A stretch of DNA of 50,784 nt from Atractiella rhizophila (Eukaryota). The notes under the pieces were generated by a model. It did no database searches and had not been told where the DNA came from. It was given only the letters and a program-made list of their open reading frames with translations. Within the stretch, counting starts at the first letter, position 1. Each line of letters starts with the position of its first letter. The stretch lies in contig MU271287.1 of the NCBI GenBank assembly GCA_021432655.1, forward strand, positions 55,631-106,414, written 5' to 3'. The position numbers were made by a program, and so were the translations under genes. Below, in pieces: positions 34,701-48,244 of the stretch.

Positions 34701-37700
34701 CAAAAATGGAAGAAGGGAGACAATGGACTGGCTCCTCGACCAATACGCCTTCCCTCTATCATTCCGATCGAACATCGTTCGAAACTCAGGGCTCGCCGCA
34801 TGACTATGTACCCACCGAACCAATGCCTTATGAGACGCGTCCCACGCTTCCAAGAGCTGTTAGTACTGCCAGCGTCGTGTCGAGCCATGGGGATACTGAG
34901 GACTTGATCTTCGACTCGTACCGCTACTCGAGAGCAACAATGAATACGATGGCATCGAAGAATCGAAGTTCGTTTGGTGGATCACCTAGTGTTTTTGGGA
35001 GGGAAGAGGAGCTCGCACCTTCCCCTCCCAAATCCCCACCTTCGCCTACCCAAAGAGAGTTGAGGCCACCCTTCGCTGAGCGCGTCGACGAAGGGCTGGA
35101 GGAATCGATGCATCCGTTTGCGGTGGTTCGAAAAGTTGGACCAAACCAGAATCACGACTCTCCAGACACGATCAGAGGAAGGCCGACGGTACCTTTAGAT
35201 GTACCTAGTCGAAGGCAGAACAACTGGTCAGACCCTGGCAGCCCTCTTGTTCAAGAGCCTGAACAAATGCAGTTCCCTGCTCCAGCAGCGCAGTCATCAC
35301 GCATGGGACCTTATCCTTCAATGTCTCTACCTTTACCCTCCACGGGGAAGAAAATTCCTTCACCGCTCTCTTCGCCTCGACTCACTTCACCCCTCCCGTC
35401 CCCCACTCCCAGCACGTACTCTCATGACGACCTCCTCCGAACAGCCTCTCCTCCTGTGCCAGGGAACGGGAACTTTCAGCCGCAGTCTGCACCTACAATA
35501 TCGGTTGAAAAGTCTTCACTCACGTCGGGTCCCTTTCAATCCTCCCTTGTAGCCATTGCGCCAAAACGGAATGTACTTCAAAAAGGCAGAAAGCCAGATC
35601 CTCCTCAAGTGTACAATCAAGAGACATCTAATAGTAGCCCGAAGGCCAGGAAGAGCCTAGATGTTCCCCTTAGGAATAAGAAGCTCTCACTCGGACCGAA
35701 GGGGAAAATTGACCGCGAAGCGCTTAAAGCTGAAATCTCCTCACCGTTGGCAGATTCCTTCGTGCATAAGGAGAGTGGAACGCGACCGAGCACAGCCAAC
35801 GATGGACATCTGGATATCTCTCACACCTTAGTCGCACCACCACGACCACCACCCCCACCTCAAGCCATCACGTCTCCTCTGTCGTCCAGTTTCCCCGTCG
35901 AATTTCCTCCAGATCAGTCGACCACACCACTCCCATCGCCCAGCTTAATCCCCATGACACCGCAGCCATCTCCACCAAACCCATCTCCACAAGCCTCAAG
36001 TTTCCCTCCCGGATCAACCAGGAAGTCTCCTCCCAGTTTCAGGTCCAAAGCCACTTTCGCTTTGATGCAAGTAGGAGCTACGGGTGCTGCTCTCAACGTG
36101 GCGAAGAAGCAAGGGTTTAACTCTGCTCACGAGGGCGGAGTTGTCAGCTGGGGAAGCACTCAGAGCCCTCCTTTCGACGCTGCATTAGGCAGTCCGGCAG
36201 CTTCAGACGCATTCGACCTCGACGAAATCCCTTCACCGACCCATAGTAACAGTGTCAAACGCTCTTCCTCAAAGTCGTCGTCGAAACGATCTTCTTCTGG
36301 GCAGTGGAAAGTGAAGTCTCCCACAGCTCCCGTGTTCCCAATGCTGCCTCCGTCCACCCCTTTGTACACGCAAGGTATCAGTAACAAAGACTTCGAGGAG
36401 GAGAAGGTGAAATTAGGAGACGACGAATTTCAGGTGTGCCTGACCTTCGGCTTCCAGACTAGACTAACTGACCGTGGGATAGCTAATCAAACCCGGAGCT
36501 ATCATGATGGGAACATTGGCACCAGGAGCCTTTAACGATGATTCCGACAATGAGGGTTCTGCTATGTCTCACAGCAGCCGTAAACGAGGAAAACGTAAAA
36601 TGACCTACGACGATGGTTTTACGGACAACGAAACAGATGTGGAGGACGACGGCGCGCTCGTAGTCCGCCCTTCCACTGCAGCAAGAGAGAAAGCCCGCGC
36701 AGAATTCCTCGCAGAATCAGAGGAGGAAGTTGACGAATTCGGTTTCTACGCCTCTCCAGGGAAAGCTGCCCCCGCCCAAGGATCACAAAAGGCGATCGAG
36801 AATCATCGTTCGAAAGAGTTGAAATGGGTTGGCGCCATGTCCGCCTTCACGCCTGCAACCGTCAAGAAGTCGAAGAAAATCCGACAGCTCGCTAGAAGTG
36901 GGGTGCCCAATTCTGTGCGAGGAAGAGTGTATGCCTTTCTTGCAGACATCGAGAAATATCGTAAACCTGGGCTCTATCACGTATGATGATTTACTTCAGG
37001 AGTCCTAAAAGATGCTCACTTTGTAGGCAGGAACTGTGCTCTCGGAATCGCTTGGAGGTCTACGACGAGATTGAGAAGGACCTCCATCGTTGCTTTCCTG
37101 ATCATAGCCACTTCAAACCAAACTCTCCAGGTCGCGAGGATCTAGCATCAGTCTTGAAGGCGTATGTCTGATCCACTTCAAGGCATAATAATCCCTAAAT
37201 AATGTATTAGATACGCTCATTACGATTTAGAAGAAGGAGATGGCGATATTGGGTATTGTCAAGGGCTAGACATGATCGCTGGCGCTTTACTCCTTCAGAC
37301 GGATGCTGAAAATGCGTTCTGGATTCTGGTTTGCATCACAAGAGATTACATGAAAGGATATCACACAAGAAGCATGACTGGCTTTCAAGTCGACGGTATC
37401 GTTTTCGAACAGATTCTAGAGGCCAACGATAAAAAATTGTCTGAGAAACTAGTGCGTCCTCCTGTTCAAGCAAACTCCATGTGCTTACAATCCCCCTTTC
37501 AGCGAGAAAATGAAGTCACATATCACATGTACCTTTCGAACTGGGTCCTACCTCTCTTTACTCGCACACTCCCATGGTCCTCTCTCCTCCGCGTTCTCGA
37601 TGTCTTCCTCTTCGAGGGGCCTAAATTTCTCTTCCGTGTCGTTCTTGCAATCTTTGATCTCGTCCGAGATCAAATCATGGATCCCTCCATCGCGTCTCAG

Positions 37701-37892
37701 TCCGACATTATTGATATACTGATCCACATACCGAAAGAGCAACTTCTCCCAGAACTCTTATTACCCGCGGCATTCCTTACCAAGATTAACAAGGCTCTCC
37801 TCAGGAAATTGACGAAGAAGGCAGAAGTTCTCGTTCGTGAAGGTGGTCTTGGAAAATCGCTCTCCAGCAAAAAGGACAGAAAGAAGAAGTGA
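31722..37892 (+). CDS. Rab-GAP (TBC domain) protein with N-terminal SH3 domain and long Pro/Ser-rich linker
   Basis: SH3 AVAVKD..EEGDLMFMSGEEVVVL..GKWL|GYCEGVIGRF spans intron 31920-33098. TBC motifs: VDEFGF, GVPNSVRGRVY, IEKDLHRCFP, GYCQGLDMIAG, VLDVFLFEG. Confidence 0.88.
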
Positions 37893-38282
37893 CCTAACTT
37901 AATGCCGTCCCTTCTCGCCTCTCCTTTTGAGTCTATTAGTCATTCAAGATTTACGGTGTTCTCTTGGTGCAGCAGTTTATCTATCAATCATCATCCCATC
38001 TTCATCACTTTAGTTTCGCATGAATCTTTTTCAATCATTCTTACCCAAACAAGCAATCTCGGTGCTCTTTCTCGTGATCACTCCAAGACAGTATAATAGA
38101 TTCGCTATCTAATTTCGTTTTTACGTTCCATGCCTAAGATTATTCTTCGGTTTTTTTTCATTTTAGTTGAAGTGGAGTGGGTTCTTGTAATGAAAATATT
38201 GGTATTATGACACATACATTGCAATAGCATTCTAGTCTTCATTCGTCCACATCCTTCTGTGAGATCTATCCCAACGCAAACT

Positions 38283-39599
38283 TTACAAAAACACATCTTT
38301 CCAAAGCATTCTCAAGTCTGAGCAGCGTTATCTTGCTTGAGCTGATAGCCGGAAAGTGGGAGGAGAACGTACCTTGTAGGTCACTGACGAAAACGACATC
38401 CTCGTCAGCTCCGTTTACTGCTCCTTCCGCAGGAGTGGGTGGAGGAACAGGGGTGGAACGCTCCGAACTGCTCAGTGATGGCGGCTGAGATGTGCCATTG
38501 ATCTGCTCTTTCCCGTCCTCATCGAGCACAAGACAATACCTCGGGTCCCATCCGAATTTGATGGCACCTACACGACGCGTTTATTGTTCGAGAGACGTGA
38601 AAGGATGGTACAGGTTACAGACCTCTAATGTTGAGCAGCGAATCGTCAATAAACCTATTGCGACTTTTGATTTCTTCAGGTGTCGGGTTATAAGAAGGAG
38701 GGTGCGGAGCTCTTTGGGCCATCTCAAAGAACGCGCGTTCAGGTTTGCAGTTGAAAGTCGGATTCTGGTAGTCGCAGTACACGATCCCTTCGAAGTACTC
38801 CTGCAATCCTAGAAGCTTGAGAACTCGCGAGGCATGCTACTTCACCCCCACGGTCCACGAAATGAGAAACGCGCTCATTGAGAGAGAAAGACAGGTGGCG
38901 CACATCTCGAAATGCATTTGTGAGCCCCCATATTCGCACTTTATTCGTATCAATTGATCGAAAAAGATCGTGAAGCGCTGGAGAAGGAAAGAGGATAGTC
39001 TCGAGTGGAAGAGCAGCATCGCAGTGTTGGTTGTAGTCGAGAGGATCCACTTTGTGGTGCCGCACAAGACCGCGAATCGCGAGTCTTGGAGTTACAAACT
39101 GTCAATAATACATTAAAAACATGAAGAAAAACATACCCATATTCTTTGTAATATTTTTGATGAAGGCGATGGGCTAAGCAGTTTGGATTAAGCGAAGGAA
39201 TAGAAAAAAGCTAGGTCGAACCTTCCTCGTCACTCAGTCCAATTTTCACGAAGTATTCTGTTCACCAAACAGCTATAAGAACCTGAAATCTCTGTCGAAG
39301 GATGAAATCGATGAAAGATAGCGAATCCAACGCACTTTGGATCTTTTCCGTCATGAGCTGAGCAACATTGACTGTCTTCGAATACAGTGTATTATCACTT
39401 CCATTGTCTTTAGAAAAGCTTTGTATGATCATGAATAGATCGAACTTACATGTCAAACCAGAGGATAATTCGCGGATCGACTTCTTGGAAATCTGGGACA
39501 AAGGCTTCCCCGTTGGGACGAATGACGGAAGCTGCTGCTGCTTTCAGAGAGAATCAGTTGTGACAAAGCTGCAATAAAGGTGGAATGTGTACCTGCCAT
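38283..39599 (-). CDS. SDT1: Pyrimidine 5'-nucleotidase, HAD family (Sdt1/Phm8-like), multi-exon
   Basis: IILWFDI|DNTLYSK (HAD motif I), AIRGLVRHHKVDPLDYNQHCDAALPLE, WGLTNA, CKPE, FIDDSLLNI, KFGW. A 7-nt first coding exon (ATGGCAG); ends DLRMLWKDVFL*. Confidence 0.88.
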
Positions 39600-39895
39600 G
39601 AAGACGCAGTAACTCACTTGGAATGAAGTCGTAGCTTTTAGCCTCAACGTTCCTCGACGTTGGTTGATGATCGCACAAGCATTATCACGTGAGTACATGA
39701 CGGTCATTCTTACATTCTTGTTATGGGGACAGTGACAGCGACAACTTGGTTGGCTTTCTGCGGCGACTAACTTCTGTAGGACTCGGTGAAGTGTTCCAGA
39801 AACCCTTACTTACACCTGATGACTTTATAATATTTATCGTGCTTTCAGGAATTTCTGGGTAGTAACGGTCTTGCTGTCTGCTTGTAGTCATCCAG

Positions 39896-40020
39896 GAACA
39901 TCTCGACCCACTAGTACTTCAGGACTTCACCTTGATGGAGGGATAGATGGCTCGGACTGACGGATTCCTAATCTCCAGCACGCCTTTCACAGCTTAAGTT
40001 GTTTACTCTATTGCCACTTT
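39896..40020 (+). pseudogene. Highly eroded relic of the LDGG F-box-like family
   Basis: Collinear motifs EHLDPLVL, LHLDGGIDGSD* and LLYCHF match HLD..LL, LYLDGGVE.S and LLYCHL/LLCCHF of the paralogs. Frameshifts and stops lie between them. Confidence 0.5.
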
Positions 40021-41030
40021 ACTTGTTTTCTTAATGAGCTCGAGATAACAATTCAACGGAATCATGATGCAGTGGGCAGGCGTAAAGACTACGTTGGGAC
40101 GCTGTTCGCAAATGCTGCCAGACTACAAGACAAGTCTTATTTTAAGTACCTCTTGAGTCTTTACTGTCGATTAATCGTATTATAGGCTATCGTAACGTTA
40201 ACCAAAGGCATACTAGAAGCAGAATACTTCATCGCTATCCAAGTACTGCCTGATGCGCAGAACTCATATTCCAAAACGCTTCTCTTAGCGGCTCAGAATC
40301 GCAGGACCTGTGTGATTCAGGACAGCTAATGGCGCCTGTCATCCGCAATATTTTCCACCAATTTTCCACATACACTCAGTGTATCCGTTCTCAAAGATGT
40401 CAGAAGGAACTTTTCTCTTTGTCCACAACCTCCTCGCACATTATATCTTGATGAACCAAGCCGATTGCCTCCCACCCAACCAATTGATTGTTCTGGAAGC
40501 TCTAAAATTTACTAGCTTCTCCCACTAGCTCCCACCCAGTGCTTATACAATGGGATTGATTCACACCGTGCATTGTTTGTCACACTTTCTCAAAGCGCAC
40601 AACCCTCCCGCGTAAAATGAGGGTGCCAGGTAACACTGGGGCATAGTGGTACAAATGGTTGCGGCGTCGTAGTTGAGAGAGTGACAAGACTTAAATATCT
40701 TAAAATGCACAGAAAGAAATATCGCGAAACGTAGAAATGCTTCAGAAAATGATTAATATGATTGCTAGCAACTCGAACTTGGGACAACCAAGCATTGCAC
40801 TTTCATGCTAAAACCTGCTCAGAGACATGACATGCATGGATGACACCCAGTGTCTAAAGGAAAAGAAGGCGCACCAGGGGGAGCCTGGTAGATAGAACAC
40901 GACTCCTGCTAGGACTCTTGTAGCTTCCCACTCTTTCCTGGTTTTATTTGGCGTGGGAAAGGTTTTGAGACATTGCCACGCGACGCCGCGACGCGTCCCG
41001 TCAATAAGCATGAGCTCACAAAACGGCCGT

Positions 41031-41040
41031 TATATAAAAG
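41031..41040 (+). promoter_or_regulatory. TATA box of the GH63-like gene
   Basis: TATATAAAAG starts 57 bp upstream of ATG 41088, preceded by a CGCG-rich cluster at ~40978-40997. Confidence 0.55.
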
Positions 41041-41087
41041 GGCTCTAGAAACATTCCCCTGATTTATCCTCCCCTGCACCTACCAAA

Positions 41088-42277
41088 ATGCCTCCCAAAC
41101 GAAAAGTCTCCCAGAAAAAGGCACGTCAAGAGCCGTCGACTTCTTCCGAGACGTCTGAGCTGTCGACGCCAACGCCTTCCACCTTTCGCTCCCACGACAA
41201 AAGCGACAAAAGTAGCAGAATCGCCAGGGACGACTCCAAGGGGATCGGAGGCGGAAAGGACATCGGTGCACAGGGACTAGGCATTGGAGCGCCGCCTCAA
41301 GGCAACCTCTTGGACTGGTTGCGTGCTGAGATACTCCGAGGAAATGCGGGAGATCAAAATGCGAACGATAATGCTGGATTTGGATTTCCTTCGACATCAT
41401 CGCAGAAGGTTCCAGCGTCACAAAAATCGTCTTCCGGTGGCAACGAGCGAAGGGTTACGAGCGCAGAACTAGACTCTTCTTCAACAGTTAGACCGGGTTC
41501 GACCACCAACGTTCAGGCATCCCGTTCAATAGATTCTCTCGCTCTCCTCGCAATGGATTCCTCCAGGCCTTCGTTGCATCTTCGTACCTCCACAGGAGGG
41601 ACGCACCATCGACCCTCTTCCTTCGTCTATACTCCCAGTTCTTCCTTCTTTAATCCGCATCATCCCCGTTCCAGGACGCAGAGCCAGATGTCCAGCTTTT
41701 CGATGGGGAGCAATACCAGTAGTTGGAAGCCATTTCCAACGCCTGGATTGAAGATGCCCGAGTGGGAGAGGGAGGAGGATCCGCTGAATAAGTGGATCAG
41801 CACGGAGGAGAGGAGGCTGAAGGATACGGCGGACACAGGGAGCGATGAAGAGAACAGGAAGAAGAGGTGGCATTGGAAGAGGTGGGGTCCATATTTAAGC
41901 GAAAGAAGTTGGGGAACGGTGAGGGAGGACTACTCTGCTGATGGTGCGTTCTGTTCTTCATTTGGCAAGTATGGTGGGGAAATGTTGATTTTTTTGAGTG
42001 CAGGAAATGCTTGGACCCACTTTCCCCATGATGTTTCCAGGAGCAGAGTGTTTAGATGGGGAGAGGATGGCATTGCTGGTTACTCTGATAATCATCAGCG
42101 CCTCGCTTTCTCTCTTGCGCTGTGGAATGGCAAGGACAAAATGCTGAAGGAGCGTTTGTTTGGAGTTGGTAATCACGAAGGTGGGTTCTCTTTGAGTTTG
42201 AAAGAACCAAGCTGAGATGAATTGTGTTAGGAAACCACGGAGAAGACGTCAAAGAGCTTTACTACTATCTAGACAGC

Positions 42278-42321
<44 letters not shown>

Positions 42322-45300
42322 ATCCGCGTTTCCTTATGACCAGTTGTTAGAAGAGAATCGAAAGAGGGGACGGGATGTTGCAGAGTATGAGATCCTTGAC
42401 ACCGACGCTTTCGATGACGATAAGTATTGGGATGTGTTTGTCGAGGTTCGTCCTTTCTCTCACTTATATCTGGACGGGCCTGAAAGTGTTATTGCACCTA
42501 ATATAGTATGCTAAAGATTCCGACGACCCAAATGCAACGTCCATCGTATCACAGCCTTCAATCGAGGACCCGAACCCGCCACTTTACATATTGTTCCTCA
42601 GATCCTCTTCCGAAATAGCTGGTCGTGGACATCTCCTCGTCCCAAGGTTATACCCAAGATGAAGGAAACCGTTTCGATCGACGAACGGTGCTCTACCGCG
42701 ACTGTACAAATTGACCATCGAACTGAAACGCTCGAGGATCCGGATCTTGGACGATTCTACTTCCACATCAACGAATCCCCTGCTCCCACTGGTCCCCCCA
42801 TGCCCAAGGGATATTCCAATGGTCACGGCAACGGCATCCAGACCACTGAAGAAGTTGTTGTTCCCGAGTTGATGTTTACGGAGAACGAGAGCAATTATAA
42901 ACGTCTCTACGGTGGGAACAACGTTACACCTTTCGTCAAGGACGCCTTCCACGATCATATCGTCCCTCAGCATAGGCCGAAGGAGTGGCAGTTTGCAGAC
43001 AAGGAGGAAGTGTGGAATTTGAATGCACACATGCCTAATGGAGTGCCAAATGGAGATGCAGACGGCCATACAAGGTCTGAGAGCACGGACTCATCTGGCT
43101 CCTCCGGTTCAGGCTCAGGGGCAGAAACTCCAAAACTCTCTTCTGCACATCGTACCCAGCGCACAATGCCCGGCTTTATCAATCCTGCGAAAGAAGGAAC
43201 GAAAATGGGTGCCCATTTCGTCTTCTCGGACGTGCCAGCAAACGGGGGATGCGCGGTCGTGCGAGTCAAGTTGACGAAGAAAACCCTTTCTGAGGATCCG
43301 GCTATTCAGGACGAGGAGCTGTTTGATGAAAATATGGATAGGAGAAGGGAGGAAGCGGATGAGTTCTATTCTCGGTTCGAGAGCTGTGGTGGCCTCAATG
43401 CCGACTTGTCGAATATCATGAGGCAGGCGTTGGCAGGAATGCTGTGGAGTAAACAGTTCTATTATCTCACTCATAAGGAGTGGCAGGATGGGGATAACGG
43501 ACAACCGAAACCTCCAGCATCGCGCAAGTGGATCAGAAATCATGTTCGTGTCACTTCTTGTCGTGCTTACCTGACAATGAGCTGATTGTTTAACAGGATT
43601 GGAAACACTTTTACGCCAGGGATATCCTTAGCATGCCGGATAAATGGGAGTACCCTTTTTTCGCAGCATGGGATTCTGCCTTCCACACCATCCCTCTTGC
43701 TATGGTCGATCCAGACTTTGCAAAGAAGCAACTGGACCTGCTCACCCGTGAATGGTACATGAAACCCGATGGAGCAATCCCAGCGTAGGTCGTTTTCTCC
43801 CTTCAATCCCACTCACCTCAAATGTTATTGGGTTGATGTAGCTATGAGTGGAATTTTGGCGACGTCAACCCTCCCGTACACGCATGGGCGACTTTCCGCG
43901 TCTTCAAAATCCAGCGTAAAATGCACGGAGTAGAAGACCTCCAGTTTCTTGAGAGCGTCTTCCAGAAACTGCTGCTCAATTTCACTTGGTGGGTTAACCG
44001 GAAAGATACGGCAGGAGCGAACATTTTCGAAGGCGGCTTCTTAGGTCTTGACAATATCGGTCTTTTCAACAGAAGTGAACCGTTGCCTACTGGTGGAAGT
44101 TTGAGGCAGGCGGATGGGACAGGGTGGATGGGTGCGCGCTTTCGATATTAACCTGCAGTGTCACTGATACCAACCCCAGCCTTCTACTCACTCAACATGT
44201 TGGTGACATTTGCATTGTGCATTGTCGAAGAAAAGCTAACTGAAACAATGACAGGCTGAACATTGCTCTCGAGTTGGCAAAGCACAACAAAACATACGAA
44301 GATATCGCCTCGAAGTTTTTTGAACACTTTCTCTTCATTTCTGACGCCCTCACCTTCAATCGATCTGAAGATGGGCGAGAAGAGAGTCTGTGGAATGAGG
44401 AGGACGGTTTCTACTATGATGCAAGTGTTGTTTTGTCATGCAGGCGAGTCGTCTGACACCGCTTATAGGCCATTACCTGGGGTCCTAATTCAAGCCAACA
44501 AATTCCTGTTCGCTCGCTCGTAGGATTGATCCCCCTTTATGCGACTCTCACGCTTGAACCTTCGGCTCTCAAAAACTTCAAAGGCTTCAACGGGAGGATG
44601 AACTGGTTCATCAAACACCGGAGGGATTTGGTCTCGCGAAACATCTCTGACATTGATGGCAAGTTGTTTTACTCGTTTTATGTTATTTCGACTGAACAGA
44701 CATGGTAGTCTCTGGACAGTCCGATCGGAGACTCCTTGCCCTCGTGGACGAACACCGTTTGAGGAAGATTTTGACTCGTATGCTGAACGAAGAAGAGTTC
44801 CTGTCACCTTATGGTATCCGCTCTCTCTCCGTCGAACACAAGGAAAAGCCGTACTCCATGACTGTCAACAATCAAGAATTCAGTGTGAACTACTGGCCGG
44901 GAGACTCTCACAGTCCTATGTTTGGCGGCAACAGCAACTGGAGAGGACCTATCTGGTTGGCAACTACGTTCCTTCTGATTGAGAGTTTGCAGAGGTTCTA
45001 TCAGGTTGGTTCTCCACAATCTTCACGCTGAGATTGCTCAGAGGGTTATGCAGTATTATGGCGATTCCTTCACTATCGAGTGCCCGACCGGCTCAGGGAC
45101 GATGATGAACCTCGCTCAAATCGCTGACGAGATTCAGAAGCGTGTCATTAAGATTTTTGCTAGAGATGACGAGGTCGGTCTTCCCATCCTAAGTCGTCCA
45201 ACTGGCTTTACTTAGAAGTGTGCAGGGGAGAAGAGCATACAACGGAGGAAATGATCGCCTAGACCACGATCCTCACTTCCGCGACCATATCCTCTTCTAC

Positions 45301-45666
45301 GAGTACTTCCATGCTGACAACGCGAAGGGGATCGGTGCTTCGCATCAAACTGGATGGTTGGTCATTTCCTCTTCCAATCAGACCGGATGGTGATGCCCTT
45401 CACGCAGGACTGGTCTGGTAGCGTGGATGATTTGGCAGTCTGGAAGGAACATCCCTGTTCCTCAAACGCCGAAATCTGCTGCCGCTCACTACTTGTGAGT
45501 CCCTTTCTTACCACCAGAGAACAATGGCTTATTCTGCGCGTGTAGCGACGAACACGTCCCTCCTACGCCTGGAGGATCGGAGTATGGAGATAGCTTGAGC
45601 ATGTTCAGCAACTACAGTGCTTACGCTCCGAGCGAACCTGCCAACTTGGAGCCAGATGAACTTTAA
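41088..45666 (+). CDS. YMR196W-like glycoside hydrolase family 63 / six-hairpin glycosidase, multi-exon
   Basis: [110 protein letters not shown]. Confidence 0.92.
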
Positions 45667-46089
45667 AACAATGCAACACATGGCATGGACTCAAAAGTGT
45701 GCTATCTGGCGTTTTCTGGAGATTTGGACTGAAAAGGATTACAAGAATTTCATGATTGGTTTTGTAGGCTCAAAATAGAAGGATTTGTGACTGTATACTC
45801 GACATTTTCCAAATGTAGATTTCTTATGGTGTTTCCGACAAGATGTTGGTTAGATGGCCACATGAGACAACACGGAGACGCAAAGAGAAAGCGGATAAGA
45901 TTCGATATTGAAGGCAGGAGTGGTGATACATCTCACAATTACACTAAAATTCCAAATCACAAACACGAACGGTGGTCAGACAACCATTCTTCGAAAGTCC
46001 ATACAACGAAACGGAACGCGAAATCCATGGATGTCTCTGAAGGAAGCGAAACCAAAACACAAATCCCCTCGTCTTCGTCTTCGTCGCTC

Positions 46090-47081
46090 TCACTGCAAGC
46101 CAGACTCTCCCAATGCACCGGCTCCCGTGACGCGCCTCAACTCCTCTTCGAACTTCTCCGCTTTCTGCTTCCACGCGTCCCTCTCGTGCATCAACTTGTT
46201 CACTTCGTCTTCCAGCGACTTCACATGTTCCTGCTTCCTGGCTCGGGATCGGCGAGCAGCTAACCTGTTTTCGGAAGACTGTGGTAAGTATATACTGCTT
46301 ATGTGGATGAAGGGATGACGGACGTATTCTGCCGCCGTTTGATTTCGATCGAGGAGAGGAGGGACTGTGGGAGCTCTTGTCCGTCATCCCCGAGGTTGGA
46401 ACCGTCTGCTGCTCGTACAAACATGAGTGTCAGCCGAGATGGCCTATTACAAAGGGAAGTGAAAGGGAGGCAAACCTTGTAAAGAGTCGTCGATTGGAAC
46501 TTCGTCGTTCGCGGTTCGTCGTTTCTTGGTTGGATTTCCACTGTTCAGCACGTGAGTGATTGGTTCCTCCCGATCAAGAGTCAAAGGAAAGGCGTACATC
46601 TGAGGGTCCGGCTTCCGAGAAGTTGCAGACGGCGTAAGGTACGTCCTGTGGAACAAGGGTCAGCCCTTGCGTTCATAGACAATGACGGATAAAGGACAAA
46701 GGGAACATACCTGGTTTGGGTGGGAGCGTCATACTCAATCAGGGGAGCCATCTTCCTCATCCCTCTCACCCTCCTGGTATTGTCACCGTCGTCCTTCAAG
46801 CTATTTACGGTTCGTTGAGTGTTCGACTGTCTCGCGCCTCCCGTGCTCCTCTTCCTCTTTCCGCTGGCAGTCACCTGCTGTGGCTCGTCTTCTTCCTCTA
46901 ATTCATCCGCGATGGTAGGATCGACGTCGTCTTCCACGTCGCCATCATGATTCGTGAAGAAGTCGAGGCCGGAAACGGGTATGTCGCCTGAATTACGATT
47001 GGTCTGGAGGAAGCCAGTAGCGGCTGCGAGTTTCGCGAGTTGCTCGGCTGATGCGTTCGCTGAGAAAGGGACGGTAGACAT
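46090..47081 (-). CDS. bZIP transcription factor, Gcn4/CPC-1-like, multi-exon
   Basis: Spliced basic region IEIKRRQNT|LAARRSRARKQEHVKSLEDEVNKL. The upstream DAPTQTR|TYLTPSATSRK motif is one I associate with basidiomycete Gcn4-like proteins. Confidence 0.85.
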
Positions 47082-47177
47082 GGTTTCTGTGGCTCTTCAA
47101 GGTAGACTGGGTTGAGGCGAGCCAAGGTTGTTTGGTAAACGTGATTCGCTTTCGAGGGCGAGATTCGATGGCGATGG

Positions 47178-47253
47178 TGACTCGTTGGGGAGTCACAAAA
47201 TTTGAAGGGAGTCAGGGTTTTATGCAGACTGCGCGCGGCTGCGGAGTGAGTCA
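47178..47253. promoter_or_regulatory. Cluster of four Gcn4/AP-1-type elements in a divergent promoter
   Basis: TGACTC 47178-83, GAGTCA 47190-95, GAGTCA 47209-14 and TGAGTCA 47247-53. Confidence 0.6.
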
Positions 47254-47398
47254 GTTCCCGTGGCAAACCTAATCCGGACAGCCTTCTTCTGCTCCGGCGG
47301 ACACGGCACGCAAACACAAACAACGAAGGCGAACAAGAAGCTCTGAAAGTGACTTGAAAGCTTGATCTTGCGAACAAGAGGATCTCAGGCTGAAAGAG

Positions 47399-48244
47399 AT
47401 GGTCTTGCAAAACAAACACAAGGCGAAAGCTTCGTATAGATACAAGAAGGCTCATGGCATACCTACACGGCGTGAAGGTGTAAAAGGGAAGGAGGCGGAG
47501 CAGTTTCCCGCACTTCCCAGCCAAGATGTTGTGCACACAGGCAGTGGAAGCGAGGGAGATGCTGAAGAAGTAGAGGAAACAGGCGAAGCTGCCAACGGTA
47601 TTGTACCACCTCTACTGTTCGTGCAGATGCTGATGTCTAGGCAGACTCGAAAGCAACGGTGGCAGAGGAACAGAAAGCGGAGGAATCCGAACCAGAACCC
47701 GAAGTCGACCTCTCCTCCTTCCTAGCCAAGCAGCTCTCTCTGTCCTCATCTTCTGTACCACTGGGTTTCAAACCTGCCGATGACGACGATTTAGACGTAC
47801 GATACGTGAAAGATCGCTCGTCTCTTCCAAAGAAGCCTCTTGAAATATTGTCTGAAGAGGAGATGAAGAAGGTTGAGATCATGGATGAGGACAGGAAGAA
47901 GAGGGAGGCGATACAAGAGATCAAACAACGGCTAGGGAAGGGATATGTGGAAGAAAAGAAGAAGAGGAAGTTCGATCTGAAAAAGAATGTTGATAAGGAA
48001 CAAGAGGATCAGGTTGACATCGACGAGTTCTTGAATGAACCACCGTCTAGTATAAAAGAAGAAGGAGTAACAGCGAAGAGCGCAACTCGTCCGTCTTCTT
48101 CCTTCATCTTCGGCTGTTTGAAGCTGACGTTTTGGCGGAACAGGATCATTGACTCATTCTGCTCCAACGGACACTCCGATCGATGACTTTCTTGATGAAG
48201 TGCTACGAGACTCTTCCGGGACATTCGGAAGGGTAAAACGCTGA
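47399..48244 (+). CDS. Hypothetical charged protein (3 exons)
   Basis: N-terminus MVLQNKHKAKASYRYKKAHG. Introns at ~47598-47645 and ~48089-48143 link acidic/basic exons; ends IDDFLDEVL..RVKR*. Confidence 0.65.

Noticed and set aside
33114..36430. Very long Pro/Ser-rich ORFs as separate novel genes, plus antisense ORFs
   Set aside because: They splice into the low-complexity linker of the SH3-TBC gene; the antisense ORFs are shadows of biased codon usage.
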